DNA of 64,000 bases, from assembly GCF_009914755.1 (NCBI RefSeq), contig NC_060925.1. The stretch is one strand, 5' to 3'. The notes beneath the pieces were generated by a model. It saw nothing but the letters and a program-made list of their open reading frames with translations. It searched no databases and was not told the DNA's origin. Below, one piece after another: positions 52,143-64,000 of the stretch (within the stretch, counting starts at the first letter, position 1; each line of letters starts with the position of its first letter). Made by a program: the position numbers and the translations under genes. The DNA is from the human T2T-CHM13v2.0 reference genome, Homo sapiens.

Positions 52143-55100
52143 GTAAGTATAGGTACACCTCATTTTATATAGAGCTGCAGCACTGAGAATGGTGAGCAAA
52201 TCAAAGTTTTAGAACCCAAGTCTTGGTTTACCACTGACTTGCTTATTATTTCCTTATCTTCACTTTCAGTTTCAATTGTTATTTCCATTTCTTTGCTTCA
52301 CCTTGTCTGTAACAAACTTTATGATTTGTAAATAAACATTTAATTGTACCTGCTACATTCAGCCACACTAAAAGGAAGTGAAACATTTAAAAAAATTAAA
52401 GTGTATAATGACCATCGACATAGGTCTTTGTGGGACTGAGTTCAGTTACAGACCCACAGGTCTCTCCCCATGACCTCTAGCCCAAGAGACGGATAAGACT
52501 GTTTCTGGAGAGGGGAAATACAGGTGGCTTTTCTTTGGCTTTTCTTCCCCTTGCAACCCAACCTTTGTCTCTGTGGCTGCAGTACTGAGTTTCCATTCTG
52601 GCTATAAACATATTCCCTCCTTCGGTCTTCATGTTGCTTCCTCCCTGCTCCTCCTTTACCTATTCTCTTTGAAGCAAAAGGAAAGTGAGAGTTGGAGAGG
52701 ACCTTTTGTTATTCCACCTAGCTTCCACTTACCATCAAACTGATGGCCCATTTCAGAGAAAGGAAGGCTGAGACACAATCTCCTCAACTCATGACTCACC
52801 TTGTTCCAACTAAGACTGTCCTCCCAAAGCCTCCTCATATGCTTATGATGAGTGAGGGCAAGAGGAATTGGGAGGAAGCGGATGCATAGGGACTGAAGGT
52901 AGATAGGAGAGGTTCCCAGGGAGGTCGCGTTGCCACAGGGTCTGGTTTGGGAAGAAAAGGAGGATATTAGGGACTGATGCTGGAGCAACAGAATGAGCAT
53001 TTGGGGCTTCCCTAAAGTGGTGAGTCATTCCCAACTCTGCTACTCCCTTACCCCTGACTTGCAGGTCTCCTTTGTACAGTTGAGCAGGTTGTTCATTGCA
53101 CCAGAGCATCTGGTTAAGGAAGTGAGAAGGGGCTGAATCCCGTCCTGTGCCCTGGCTTGGGGCTGCATTCACCCAGAAAGCGATATCTTTTAAAAATGTA
53201 CTCAGAGGTGCTGATGGGCTAGTGGTGGTCCTGCCCGCCTTGGCCCATGAGTTCCAGGCTTCCAGCTGGTCAAGTTCAACACTCCACATCTAAGCACTTT
53301 CTCCTTTCCCTGTGTTGTTCGTCTCTGGCCCCTCTGCCTGTGAATCTCTAACTCCCAGGGCTCTCTGGTCTCTATCTTTCCCTTACTCTCTGCTCTGTCC
53401 TTGGGTCTCTCCTGTTGTCACCTTGTCTCCCCCTTCTCCTTCTCCCTGCCCCACTATTCCCTGCCTCTCAGTTCTGCTTCTTCCTGTCTCCTCTCTGTGT
53501 CTCTCTCCCCATAAACTTCTCTGCCCTGGGGAGCAGGGGAGGCATTCTGAAACAGACACACAGTGCAGGCGGCCTACTTGGTGGTGTGTCTGTGCCCAGT
53601 GGCAGGCTCAGACCTGCAGCCCGGATTAGAGAGCAGGGCTCTGTTTACTGGGCCTTCAGAAGATGTAAGACTCACGTCCCATTCCTAAGACTCCGGCTTA
53701 GAGATGAGCCTCCTCTTTCTTCTTTGCCTGCATTAGGCAATAAATCAAAGCTTCAGAGAAACCACAGGCCTCCCGCCCCCCTTTCTGCAAATGGCACCCT
53801 TGGCTCAGTGAGTAGGGCAGCAGGGGGAGGTTGTGGGCAGAAGTTGAGTGGGAGCTGAGGACAGCCAGGCTGTCTGCTCCCCACTTTGCCATTGAGCCTC
53901 ATTTTGCCCCATCCTCAAAGATCACCTGGTCCCCCAAAGCCTTTGTGTCAGTCCTTGGCCTACAGAACTTCTCTACCTTAGGGATGGGTTGGGTGGTCTT
54001 GGGGAATTATCCTCTTACATGCTTCAAAGCAGAAGATTCCACCTGCATCCTAGGCACGAATTACTTTCTGATGTCTGATGTCAATTTCCCTCGTATTTCC
54101 TTCCATTGCTTGCTTTTCAGAGCTGCAAGAAAAATAGAGCAGTAGCACCATGATAATGACAACCTATTTTTGTACCAGGAGACAGTCACCTTAGCTACTC
54201 CCCAGTCTTCTCTGGGCCTGGGACCCTTATCTGAGTGGCCTCTTCTTATTTCAGAGGCTGGGCTCTCCCTGTGGGACACTCTGCCTTGGTCCTTCTCTCC
54301 CGAGGCAAAGGATTAAATAAAGAGGATTCCCTCTCTGATTCTTTCTTAAATGACTATGGCAGAAGCCCTCTCTCATGTCTTTCCCACACCCCCCCACACC
54401 CCCACCCATCCCTGCCCGATCTGGAGATATTACTCTTAAGATCTTCTTCTTCTGAGAGTTCTCTAAGTCTTCAACCCACAGGCTCTGGCCAGGCTCAGAT
54501 CAAGGGAGTCAGCTACTGCAGGGAACTTTCAGTCTCACATCGCTATCTCTGTCCTGTAGAGCTGGCAAGGCCCAGACGCTAGTCTTAACCATCACTAGTC
54601 TCACCATCCCGGCTCAGCACTGGAGCTGTGCTAAGGGAAGCCATGGCTCCCTCTGCCCTAGGCATGTGGGAAAATGCCCGAGCCTCTGAGGGCTCCTGTC
54701 CTGCCTGTTTTTACACAGGGGCAGCTTTGGCCAGAGCTCCTGCATCTTGACCCGTGGACTAAGGGTGTGGGGATGCATGTGTGCGTGTGTGTGTCAGGCT
54801 TCTCCAGTCTTTATCTCAAAAGTTTCCTGTCTCGTCTCCATCACAGGTTTCTTTCCCCAGAGCTGGCCTCCCAGAGAGCTGGGTGAGGCCTGAGGCTTGG
54901 TCATCTTCTCACATCTGCAGACCATCTCCTCCCTCCTTATGCCAGATTGGCCTGACATAAGATGGTCTGGCATCTAGAAAGACTCCTGCTGGGCTTCAGT
55001 TGCTTCTTACCAGGCCCAGATCTGGGAAACTGGGGTAACAGTCTGAGGACCTGCCTCCCGTCCTGCCCTCAAGAGACTGGGCAGGAGATTTTCCCAGGTG

Positions 55101-55797
55101 CCTTGCTCCTGGATTGAGTCCCAAATCCTTGTAAGTCTGTGACTGTGGATTCTTAGCCCATGCCATCTTGATAAAGACTAAGGCTCTTAGAAGGCAGCTC
55201 CTGCTTCCTGAGCTGCGGCCCATCCCATATGAAACCCTGGCTCCAGGCCACAGAGGAGTGGCTGGGAGTTAGCATCTCCGGGACCCATCCTGGAGGAAAT
55301 CTCCCTGAGCCAACCTCTAGTGTAGCCCTTTTCACCCTGTATGGAGCCATCTTCAGTTGACATTAGCTGTGTTTACTCTGTGCCTGGCTAGGCAGTGACC
55401 ATGCCTGGCTGAGCCTGGGCTCCATTAGTGTCGATGAACTGAATTGAACTGACCCACGAAGGGAAATGCTGGTCATTTGGGAGTGCTGGGCTCTGTCCGA
55501 GCCTCACCAACCTGGCTCGGGGGAGAAGGCTGCCCTCTCTGAGTCACCCCTGTACATGAGGCAAGGCCTGCTGCCCTCATCCTTTCAAGTGATGGGATGA
55601 CAGGGAGTGGATCTAGCTCTGTGGATCTCATGTGTAGTCAGAAGCCTTGAGGTCAGACTCAGAGCCTCACCAGACCCCAGAACAGATGTTAAGGAGGATC
55701 TCAGATTTCCTCTCTCTGAGCCTCCGTTTTCTCACCTTTAAAGTGGAGGAGTCAGAATAAAATTTCCAACATTTTTAGCTATGGAAACTTAAAACAG

Positions 55798-55895
55798 ATT
55801 CTTTGTAGTTCATACACGTGATGATCGGTGTTCACACTCATACGTGTGATGTGCCACCCTTGGACCTTGTTACGACATCAGCACATTACCCCTCT
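55798..55895 (+). pseudogene. U13 snoRNA (SNORD13) retrocopy
   Basis: ATTCTTTGTAGTTCAT...GTGATGAT...GTGCCACCCTTGGACCTTGTTACGAC...GCACATTACCC. TSD GGAAACTTAAAA at 55783-55794 and 55917-55928. Confidence 0.9.
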
Positions 55896-55931
55896 ACATG
55901 AAATTTTTTTTTTAAAGGAAACTTAAAATCA

Positions 55932-56243
<312 letters not shown>

Positions 56244-56544
56244 AAAAGCATTTTGTGCAGACCTCCCAATACATAAAACAGATGAATGAGGTCTCTGGTT
56301 AAAGTGAGTGAAGAGGGTGGTACACTCCAGGCTGCATCTTACCTACCCACCCCATAACCCCCAAGCACTTCTACAGAACTAAAGGAGCCTTTGGAAACCA
56401 CAGGTGGATCACCTCTTTTATACTTTTTGGATGTGATGTGACACTCATGGTTCCTGCCCCCAAATGCCTCTCTGGCCAGAGAGATGCTTCACATGTGTGA
56501 GGGGAGGAGTGTTGAGGACTAGACTTCTACTGGACCAACGGCTG

Positions 56545-56850
<306 letters not shown>

Positions 56851-59800
56851 CTGGATTAGATAGACTGCCTCTCCATATAGAACCAGGGCTAGAAAAAGAA
56901 GTAGGAAAATATCGTCACAAAAGCATTGGCCCGAGAGACAGGACTTGAGTCCTAGTCCTGATTCTGCCATTCATTTGCTTTGTAACTTAGGGCAAGTTAC
57001 CTTCCCTCTCTGAGCCTTCACCTCCTCATCTTGGAAAACAAAGGGCTGTTTCCTTCCAACCTTTATAACCCAGTTGTAGTTCAATAAAAGAATGATGGCT
57101 AGGAAATGAGAACAGGGACATCAAGGGAAATGGGTCAGGGCCAAAGCCGACTGCCATGCTGACCTCCAGCTTGATGGGTGTTGATTCCATGAATAAAAGG
57201 ACTTTCTGATAATCAGGCTGTCTGGCATAGGATGAGTTGTCTCGGGGAGACAATGAGTTCCCTGACACTAGAAGGAAAATTAAGTGCTGTGAGAAGATGT
57301 TACAGTGTCTGTATTGGGAGGAGGTACAATTCAGAAACCTTAAAGATCTTTCTAGTTATCTCTCTGGGATTTGACAAAGGAAAGGATGGAGGAATCTTAG
57401 GAGGTGATGTAGGTAAAGATGCATTGAGGGGCCCCTTGGAGCTCGGGACTCACTTGTGCAGTGACCAGATGTAGCCTCCTGGGCCCCTGGAGGGGTGGGG
57501 CCTGTGAAGAGGCATGAGCAGCCTGCGACCCCCTGTTTTCTCAGCCATCGTTTCTCTTGTATCCTTGCTCCAAGCACCCTCAGGCTTCTGCATGAGAATC
57601 AAGGCAGGCCTCTGAGATGGGAAGCGAAGGCCCACCCTTTAGATGAAAGAAGTCAGGATGGCTGGGAGGGTAGAAACACTAAGCAGGGCAGAGGGCAGGA
57701 AATGTCCTGGATGGAATGTTACCACTGAGTGAGGCTTTATGCACCTTCTGGCAGCCTCTTCCTTTGAAAGATGAAGGAATCAAGGTCCAGAGAGGGGAGA
57801 GGAAGTGACTTACTCAAGTCATCCAGTAAGTGGTAATACTGAAACGAGATACTAATAATGATAATTGATAGTATCAGTGAATGTGCTATTGAACTTGTCC
57901 TCTGTGTGAGACACTGCCATTGAGGGCTTTACAGCGGTGATTTTATTTGATCCACACAATCAGTGAATGAGGTCAGTATCATCCCCAACTTATAGATAAG
58001 AAAAGAGAAAACTAAGGCCCGCGGTTCTTAAGTAGCTTGCACACTACCCCACAGCTGGAAAGCAACAGAGCTAGGATGTGGATCAGGGCTGTCTGACTTC
58101 AGAGTCTGCATCTGTGACAACTACACTGTAAGGAAGCCCAAGAGACACAGGTTTAAATTCCAACCCTGAAGCAAAACTCTGTAACTGGAAAGGCCCCTCT
58201 GGCATTGGGTGGAGCCTGGATTGAAGGGGACACTGGAGGCCAACAGACCTTCAGGAACACAGAGTTTGCATGGAAAGGGGCTGAGCCCTCCAGCTGCTCA
58301 CAGCCCTGGGCTCTGCCCCTTCCTGCAGCCAGGCCCTTCCCCTGTATGGCCCTTGCCCCTTCCCCACCCCTTGGGGTGGCAAAGAGGAACCTAATCCCAG
58401 GGGTCCCCAAAGTCTGTCTTTGTTCTTTGTTCTCCCTTCTGTAGCCTTGCCTCTATGAAGGGCTCCTCCTATCCCCACCCATTCCCACAGTGAGATCAGC
58501 ATTCTTTTGTTCTTGTGATGCTGAGGTTGGGTTCATATTTGAGATTTTCACATACCCGTAAGAGGAGTTTAAGAGAGATGACATGTGACTCTGACCAGGA
58601 CGTCACATAGGAGGCATGGAAAACAACTCAGGCTCATCATCTTACTGCTCAGCATTTTCTGGCCACTGCTGTATCCCACCACTATGATAGATGCTGTGGT
58701 GTAATGGTTAAGTGTCTAGACTGTGGACCCAAACTCTCTAGGTTCAAAGCCTAGCTCTGTCAATTAGCAGTTGTGTGCACCCTCAGCATGAGGATGATAA
58801 TAATCCCTATCTGTTGGAGTTGTAACAAGGGTGAGTTTGAATTAATACAAGTTCTAAGACCAGGACCTGGCACATTAGCCATTCCTATTATTAAACTAAA
58901 GGACCAGAAATTGGGCTACTCTTCCTGAAGCGTGGAATTACCTTAATGATTGTGCACCAAGGCTTCCCCCTCTGAAAGATGGATGGATACACCATAAAGG
59001 GGTAATTGAGTCTCCTAGGGTAGGGCTCACTCACTGTGCCCAGGGCAGTCAGCAACTTCCTCCCTTCTTGCTTCCCCAGCTCTTCCATGAACTCCCTGTG
59101 TGCTCTCCTTCTCATTTCTGGATCTAAAGGCCTGGAGGGTTTTCCTCCTATGTCTTTACCCAGTTCCTTCTCTTGCTCAGGGCTCTGTGCCTCAGGGGAC
59201 TCCCTGCGCTTTCGAGTGCTATCCTCAAAACTTTCTAAGTCCCCTCTGATGCCTGGGGTTGGCTAGAGTCAGCAGTGCCACCTGGAGTGGCGCCCCAGGC
59301 CCTGTTTCTCCCCTTGTACATGCTCTCTGACCCTCTACCCTACACATGGGGTTCCCAGGTGACCTGAGGAGCTCCAGGACTCCTGCCTATGGAGTCATCG
59401 TGGGGTTTTGGGACTTAGGTCCTGGTCCCCAGAGGACAGCTAGTGAGCAGATCGTTTTCATTGGCTGGCACAGCACTTCTTTGAGGGATTAGGTGAGATT
59501 GGGCCATGAGAATAGTGCAGATACACTCCTCTGGAGTACTTCGAATTGTTCCTACAGACAAAGGCTGAAAAAAATGTATTTGCCTGGGGCACTGACACCC
59601 TAAGGGCAGCCTTATCCTCATCCACATCCTCCCCTTCCATAAAGAAACCTTTAGCCTTTCAGATGAATAGACACGGAAACTGACAACCTACATTTTCCCA
59701 CATCCTTCCTGACCAAACTTTAACAAAATCCCAAGTACTCTTGACTTCAGAATGTCTTCTCTCCTTCCTCTCCATGGTCTTCTTCACCCCTGCCTCCTCC

Positions 59801-60054
59801 TAGGGTCCCTTCTGAGATGCTCTCCCTGAACACTGGGCCTCCCTGCCCCATGTACAACACCCCAGGGACCTCAGCAGCCTCTGAATCTGCACTAACAAAG
59901 CAGGGGAGCTGGACCAGACTCTCTCTGGGGCTCTGAGGCTGGGGTGAGAAGGAGGGGTCTGGCTTGGGACTGGGGGTTCAAGGGAGGAGTCAGCACCCTC
60001 CAGCCAGCTCTGCATACCATGTGCGTCCTTAAAGCCCTTTCTCTTCTCCCGTAG

Positions 60055-60126
60055 GATGCTGCAGAACAATCAGCTGGGAGGAATCCCCGCAGAGGCGCTG
60101 TGGGAGCTGCCGAGCCTGCAGTCGCT
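60055..60126 (+). CDS. LGR6: LGR6 exon 4 (one LRR, 72 nt)
   Basis: ctcccgtag|G...CT|gtgagt; [24 protein letters not shown]. Confidence 0.97.
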
Positions 60127-62204
60127 GTGAGTCATTAGAGGGCTGGTCTGGGAGTCACCAGCTTCCTGGGGCCTGAGTCACAGCCCAGGGCCCCCTGCCT
60201 CAGCTTTCCCTTCCCTCTGCAGGCGCCCCCTCTCCCAGTCCACGTTCCAGACAGCATGCCGCTCCTGGCTTTGGTTTCTCCGGGGTTTTCTGTTGTCATC
60301 AGTGTGTGGCTGTGTACACTCCTATGCGTATTTCAGGAAAAGAGTGCTCCCACGCCCCACTGGGGGACTGTGGGAATGGGACCTCCCTAGGTGAGGCCAC
60401 CAGGCCAGCGGTCCTGGGGCGACTGGTGTTCTGCCATTGGAGCCTGGGTTTAGGGGTGGAGACTGCCGCCCAAAAGAAGCATCAGGAAGGGGTTGTCTCC
60501 TCTACCTAGCCTGCTCTTGCCCCTGGGCTCTGCTGTGGGTGGGAAGGAGGCTAGGCTCAGATACTCATTTTCTCTACTTGGGGGTGGGACTGTCCACAGG
60601 GACTCACAGGCCACCCATAACAGATCCCTCCCTCCAAGGAGCCCTGTAGTTCCCTTCTTGTCCAGCAGGGGCATCGTGGAAGCCAGACCCAGCCTGAGGG
60701 TGGAAGCGGGAGCAGGTGCTCCAGGGTGATGTAACCCAGCCCAGTGGGAGCCGCTGGGCTTCATCCACATAATGCACAGCCCAAGGCCTGGAACACAGTA
60801 GGTGCCTCATACATGCTTGATGAACCTAACTTAATTATCAGGTACAACTTCATCCGATGGGAGAGTGAACAGATATTTTGGGAGAAGTCAAAGTTGGGGG
60901 GCAAGATTGGGGCACAGCAGTTAGCTAGTGGGGGAAACTGAGTCATAGTGGGCATGCAGTGTGTCCGAACAAAGGCCTCTCATATTCTCAGACTTTGGCG
61001 CTGTTCAGTCTGTGGATGTGGAAGTCAGACAACTTCTGACTTCTCCTTGGGTGGAAGGAGAAATGAGGTGGGAAAAGGTGACTTTCCTTCTCATGACTGA
61101 TATTTAGGCCCCATTCCACCTTACACAGAGGGCCAGCTGTGGGGGTCCTGGCTAGCAGCTGTGCCACACCCCCCGTGGTGAGGGCTTTCCTCTCCTACTC
61201 CTTCCCTGGGTGCCCTCTACCCTCCTGCCTCTGTGTCTGGTCCCTGGCACCCCTCAGCTGCTCGATCGATCGGCCCCAGTGGCAGAACCTGCCTCCCTGC
61301 ACTCTCTCAGCTTCTGCCCCCCCTTCCCAATGAGTGCTGGGCGTCTGGCCCCAGCCCTCTCCTCTCCCTCCATCCAGCCTCACCCCTGGACAGGGCCAGG
61401 CAACCCAGTGTGCCCCTAGAGGCCAACGTCGGAAGACCAGAGGCCAGGCAAGCCTGTGCTTGCTCCCCACCCGCAGGGGCAGACTAAACATTTGCCTAGG
61501 GCACCAGCGCAGCAGGGACAGCCAAAAATAAGGGAGGAGGAGTGAGGAGAATTTGACATTTCATCCACAGCCTCAAAGAGGACTTCATAGGGGAAAAAAA
61601 TTAGACTTTCACTGGACTTCTTCACACTTTTAAGGTTGTTAATTAAGTTTACTTTTTTAAAAAAAATCGTGAATCACATATTCTGAGTTCTTGGGGCTTC
61701 TAAAGGTCTTGCTTTCGGACTAGGCATGGAGCTTTTGGGCAATGCAGACAATTTTCCCTACACTTTCTGGGAAGTGGGCAGCCCTTGTGGCTGGGAGAAC
61801 CAGACCATTAGCTTCCACTTTCAGCCCCATTATTCTCCTTTGCCTGGGTATAACAGGGCAGGGGACAGAGGTCAAGTCCCCCACTCCCCCAGTTATAAGG
61901 CAGATGAGAAGATTTTGCTTTTTGCAATCCTGCAAGAAGAGCACTGGCCTGTGTGACAGAAAATGTGGCTTCAAGTCCTGGCTCTGATCGTGACTACTGT
62001 GTCATTTGCCCTCTCTGCACCTCAGTTTCTCTATCTTCAAGGTGGGGATAATTATCTTCCCTGCCTCACAGGGTGTTGGGAAGATCAAATATATAGTCAA
62101 TGTGAGGGGGATTTGCAAAAAAAAAAAAAAAGACTTCACACAGCTATAATGTATGATGATGTTATTGTGAGATCGTTCATCTAACCAGTCATTGATCCTC
62201 CGCC

Positions 62205-62852
<648 letters not shown>

Positions 62853-63007
62853 TCTATTTTTTTTTTTTTTTAAACAAAATTTTTTGAGGTGGCAGAACCA
62901 GAGTTGAGCCTTGAAAGACTAGTATGAATCAGGTGAAGAGGCGGGGAATAACGTTTCAGACAGAGGGAACAGCACACGCTGCAAAGGCACAAAGTTAAGA
63001 AGGAACC

Positions 63008-63410
63008 TGAAAGGTTCTTGTATCGGTTGGAATCCCGAGAGCTCCCCAACAGCTAACACGAAGCGGTGCGTTTTAACAAGAGCCTGGGTGCCGGCGGGCT
63101 GAGGCGTAAAATGGCGTCAGCCCCCAAAATGGCGTCAGCCCCAAGTGAGGACGGGGCAGGGGTTTTATTGTCTCCTATAAACAGGGGGCGTCTCGGTCTG
63201 ACGTAACTGCTACGCGGTACCCGGATGGCCTCTTTCTCCATCTTCAGGGGTAGGTGTCTTCCAACCAGGGTAGGTGTCTTCCGGCCGGCTCTTTTCCTGC
63301 TTCTGCTGTCTTGCTGGCGTACGCAAGTAGCCCTGCGCCTGGCGACTGGGCCTGAGAAGGGAGGGGTTACTCATCCCTTCAAGCTTTCAGGCCCCGGGGA
63401 CAATCTTTCA
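63008..63410 (-). mobile_element. Endogenous retrovirus solo LTR (LTR3/HML-6-like; family tentative) inserted in an L2 remnant
   Basis: TGAAAG...CTTTCA inverted termini; TSD GAACC at 63003-63007 and 63411-63415. On the minus strand a TTTATA TATA-like box precedes AATAAA. Confidence 0.8.
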
Positions 63411-63464
63411 GAACCAAGTAAATTCTGAAGAATTTGGAAGGAAGTGAGTTTGGCTGGCTGAACT

Positions 63465-63475
63465 TGTGTGTGTGT

Positions 63476-63519
<44 letters not shown>
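63465..63519. repeat. (TG)n microsatellite
   Basis: Read directly; one interruption. Confidence 0.95.
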
Positions 63520-63520
<1 letters not shown>

Positions 63521-64000
63521 TGTGTTGGGGGACTGGTGGGAAGGGCAGTAGTGGGGAAAGATCTGGAGTTAGACGTGGTCATACCTGAAAAGTAGGGAGG
63601 ACCTTGCTAAGGATTTGGACTTTATTCTTAAGACAGCGGGGAGCCACGGGAGGGCTTTTAGCAGGAAAGCAAGGTGATAGGGTTTGTGTCTTTGAAAAGT
63701 TACTTTGGCAGCAGTTATAGGGGGCAGTCTGAAGGTGGGGAAGTCAGTGAAGAGGCTCCTAAACCAAGGCAGCATGTTAGTGGCCAAAGGAAAGACAGAC
63801 GGGGGCATTGGTGAAAGGAGAAGCAGACAAACTAGAAATATCTAGAAGTCATGCCAGTGAGACTCTGGAGTCGGATTGTTTGGGTTCACCTCTCAGCTTC
63901 TTCACTTACTCACTTACTGCCTATAAGATCCTGGGCAGACTACTTACCCTCTGCGTTTCCATTTCTTTATCAGTAAAATGGAAGCGATAATAGTATCTGT

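Noticed and set aside
54085-54145. Strong-looking acceptor (ttgcttttcag) in intron 3
   Set aside because: No LRR-like frame or convincing paired donor; cannot be supported without RNA data.

Overview
Hominid, most likely human, genomic DNA from the PTPRVP-LGR6 locus (1q32.1 by established knowledge). The identification rests on a full-length SVA, Alu elements and a human-type LGR6 sequence. Bases 1.2-9.0 kb hold the 3' half of the unitary pseudogene PTPRVP (OST-PTP/Esp): 17 traceable exons covering the transmembrane segment, PTP D1 and PTP D2. D1 carries many lesions, D2 is almost intact, and the poly(A) signal is preserved. An antisense SVA (10.4-12.1 kb) precedes the LGR6 CpG-island promoter. 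LGR6 shows three alternative first coding exons (13558, 23385, 38294) and three 72-nt single-LRR exons (49561, 52071, 60055), and continues beyond the window. Notable structure not explained by the genes: (1) a ~6.4 kb nearly G-free CA/CCTCC/CCTAAC tandem array with a 1550-bp higher-order duplication, lying between the exon-1b donor and a CTCF motif; (2) a series of co-oriented CTCF motifs, two inside pseudogene introns; (3) a 120-nt hairpin with a perfect 32-bp stem before exon 2; (4) two U13 snoRNA retrocopies and one U7 snRNA retrocopy with unusual 3' ends; (5) inverted Alus around in-frame LRR exons; (6) an antisense solo LTR. Repeat-family names and orthologue comparisons come from recalled consensus sequences, not database searches. 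Most entries in the ORF track are spurious.
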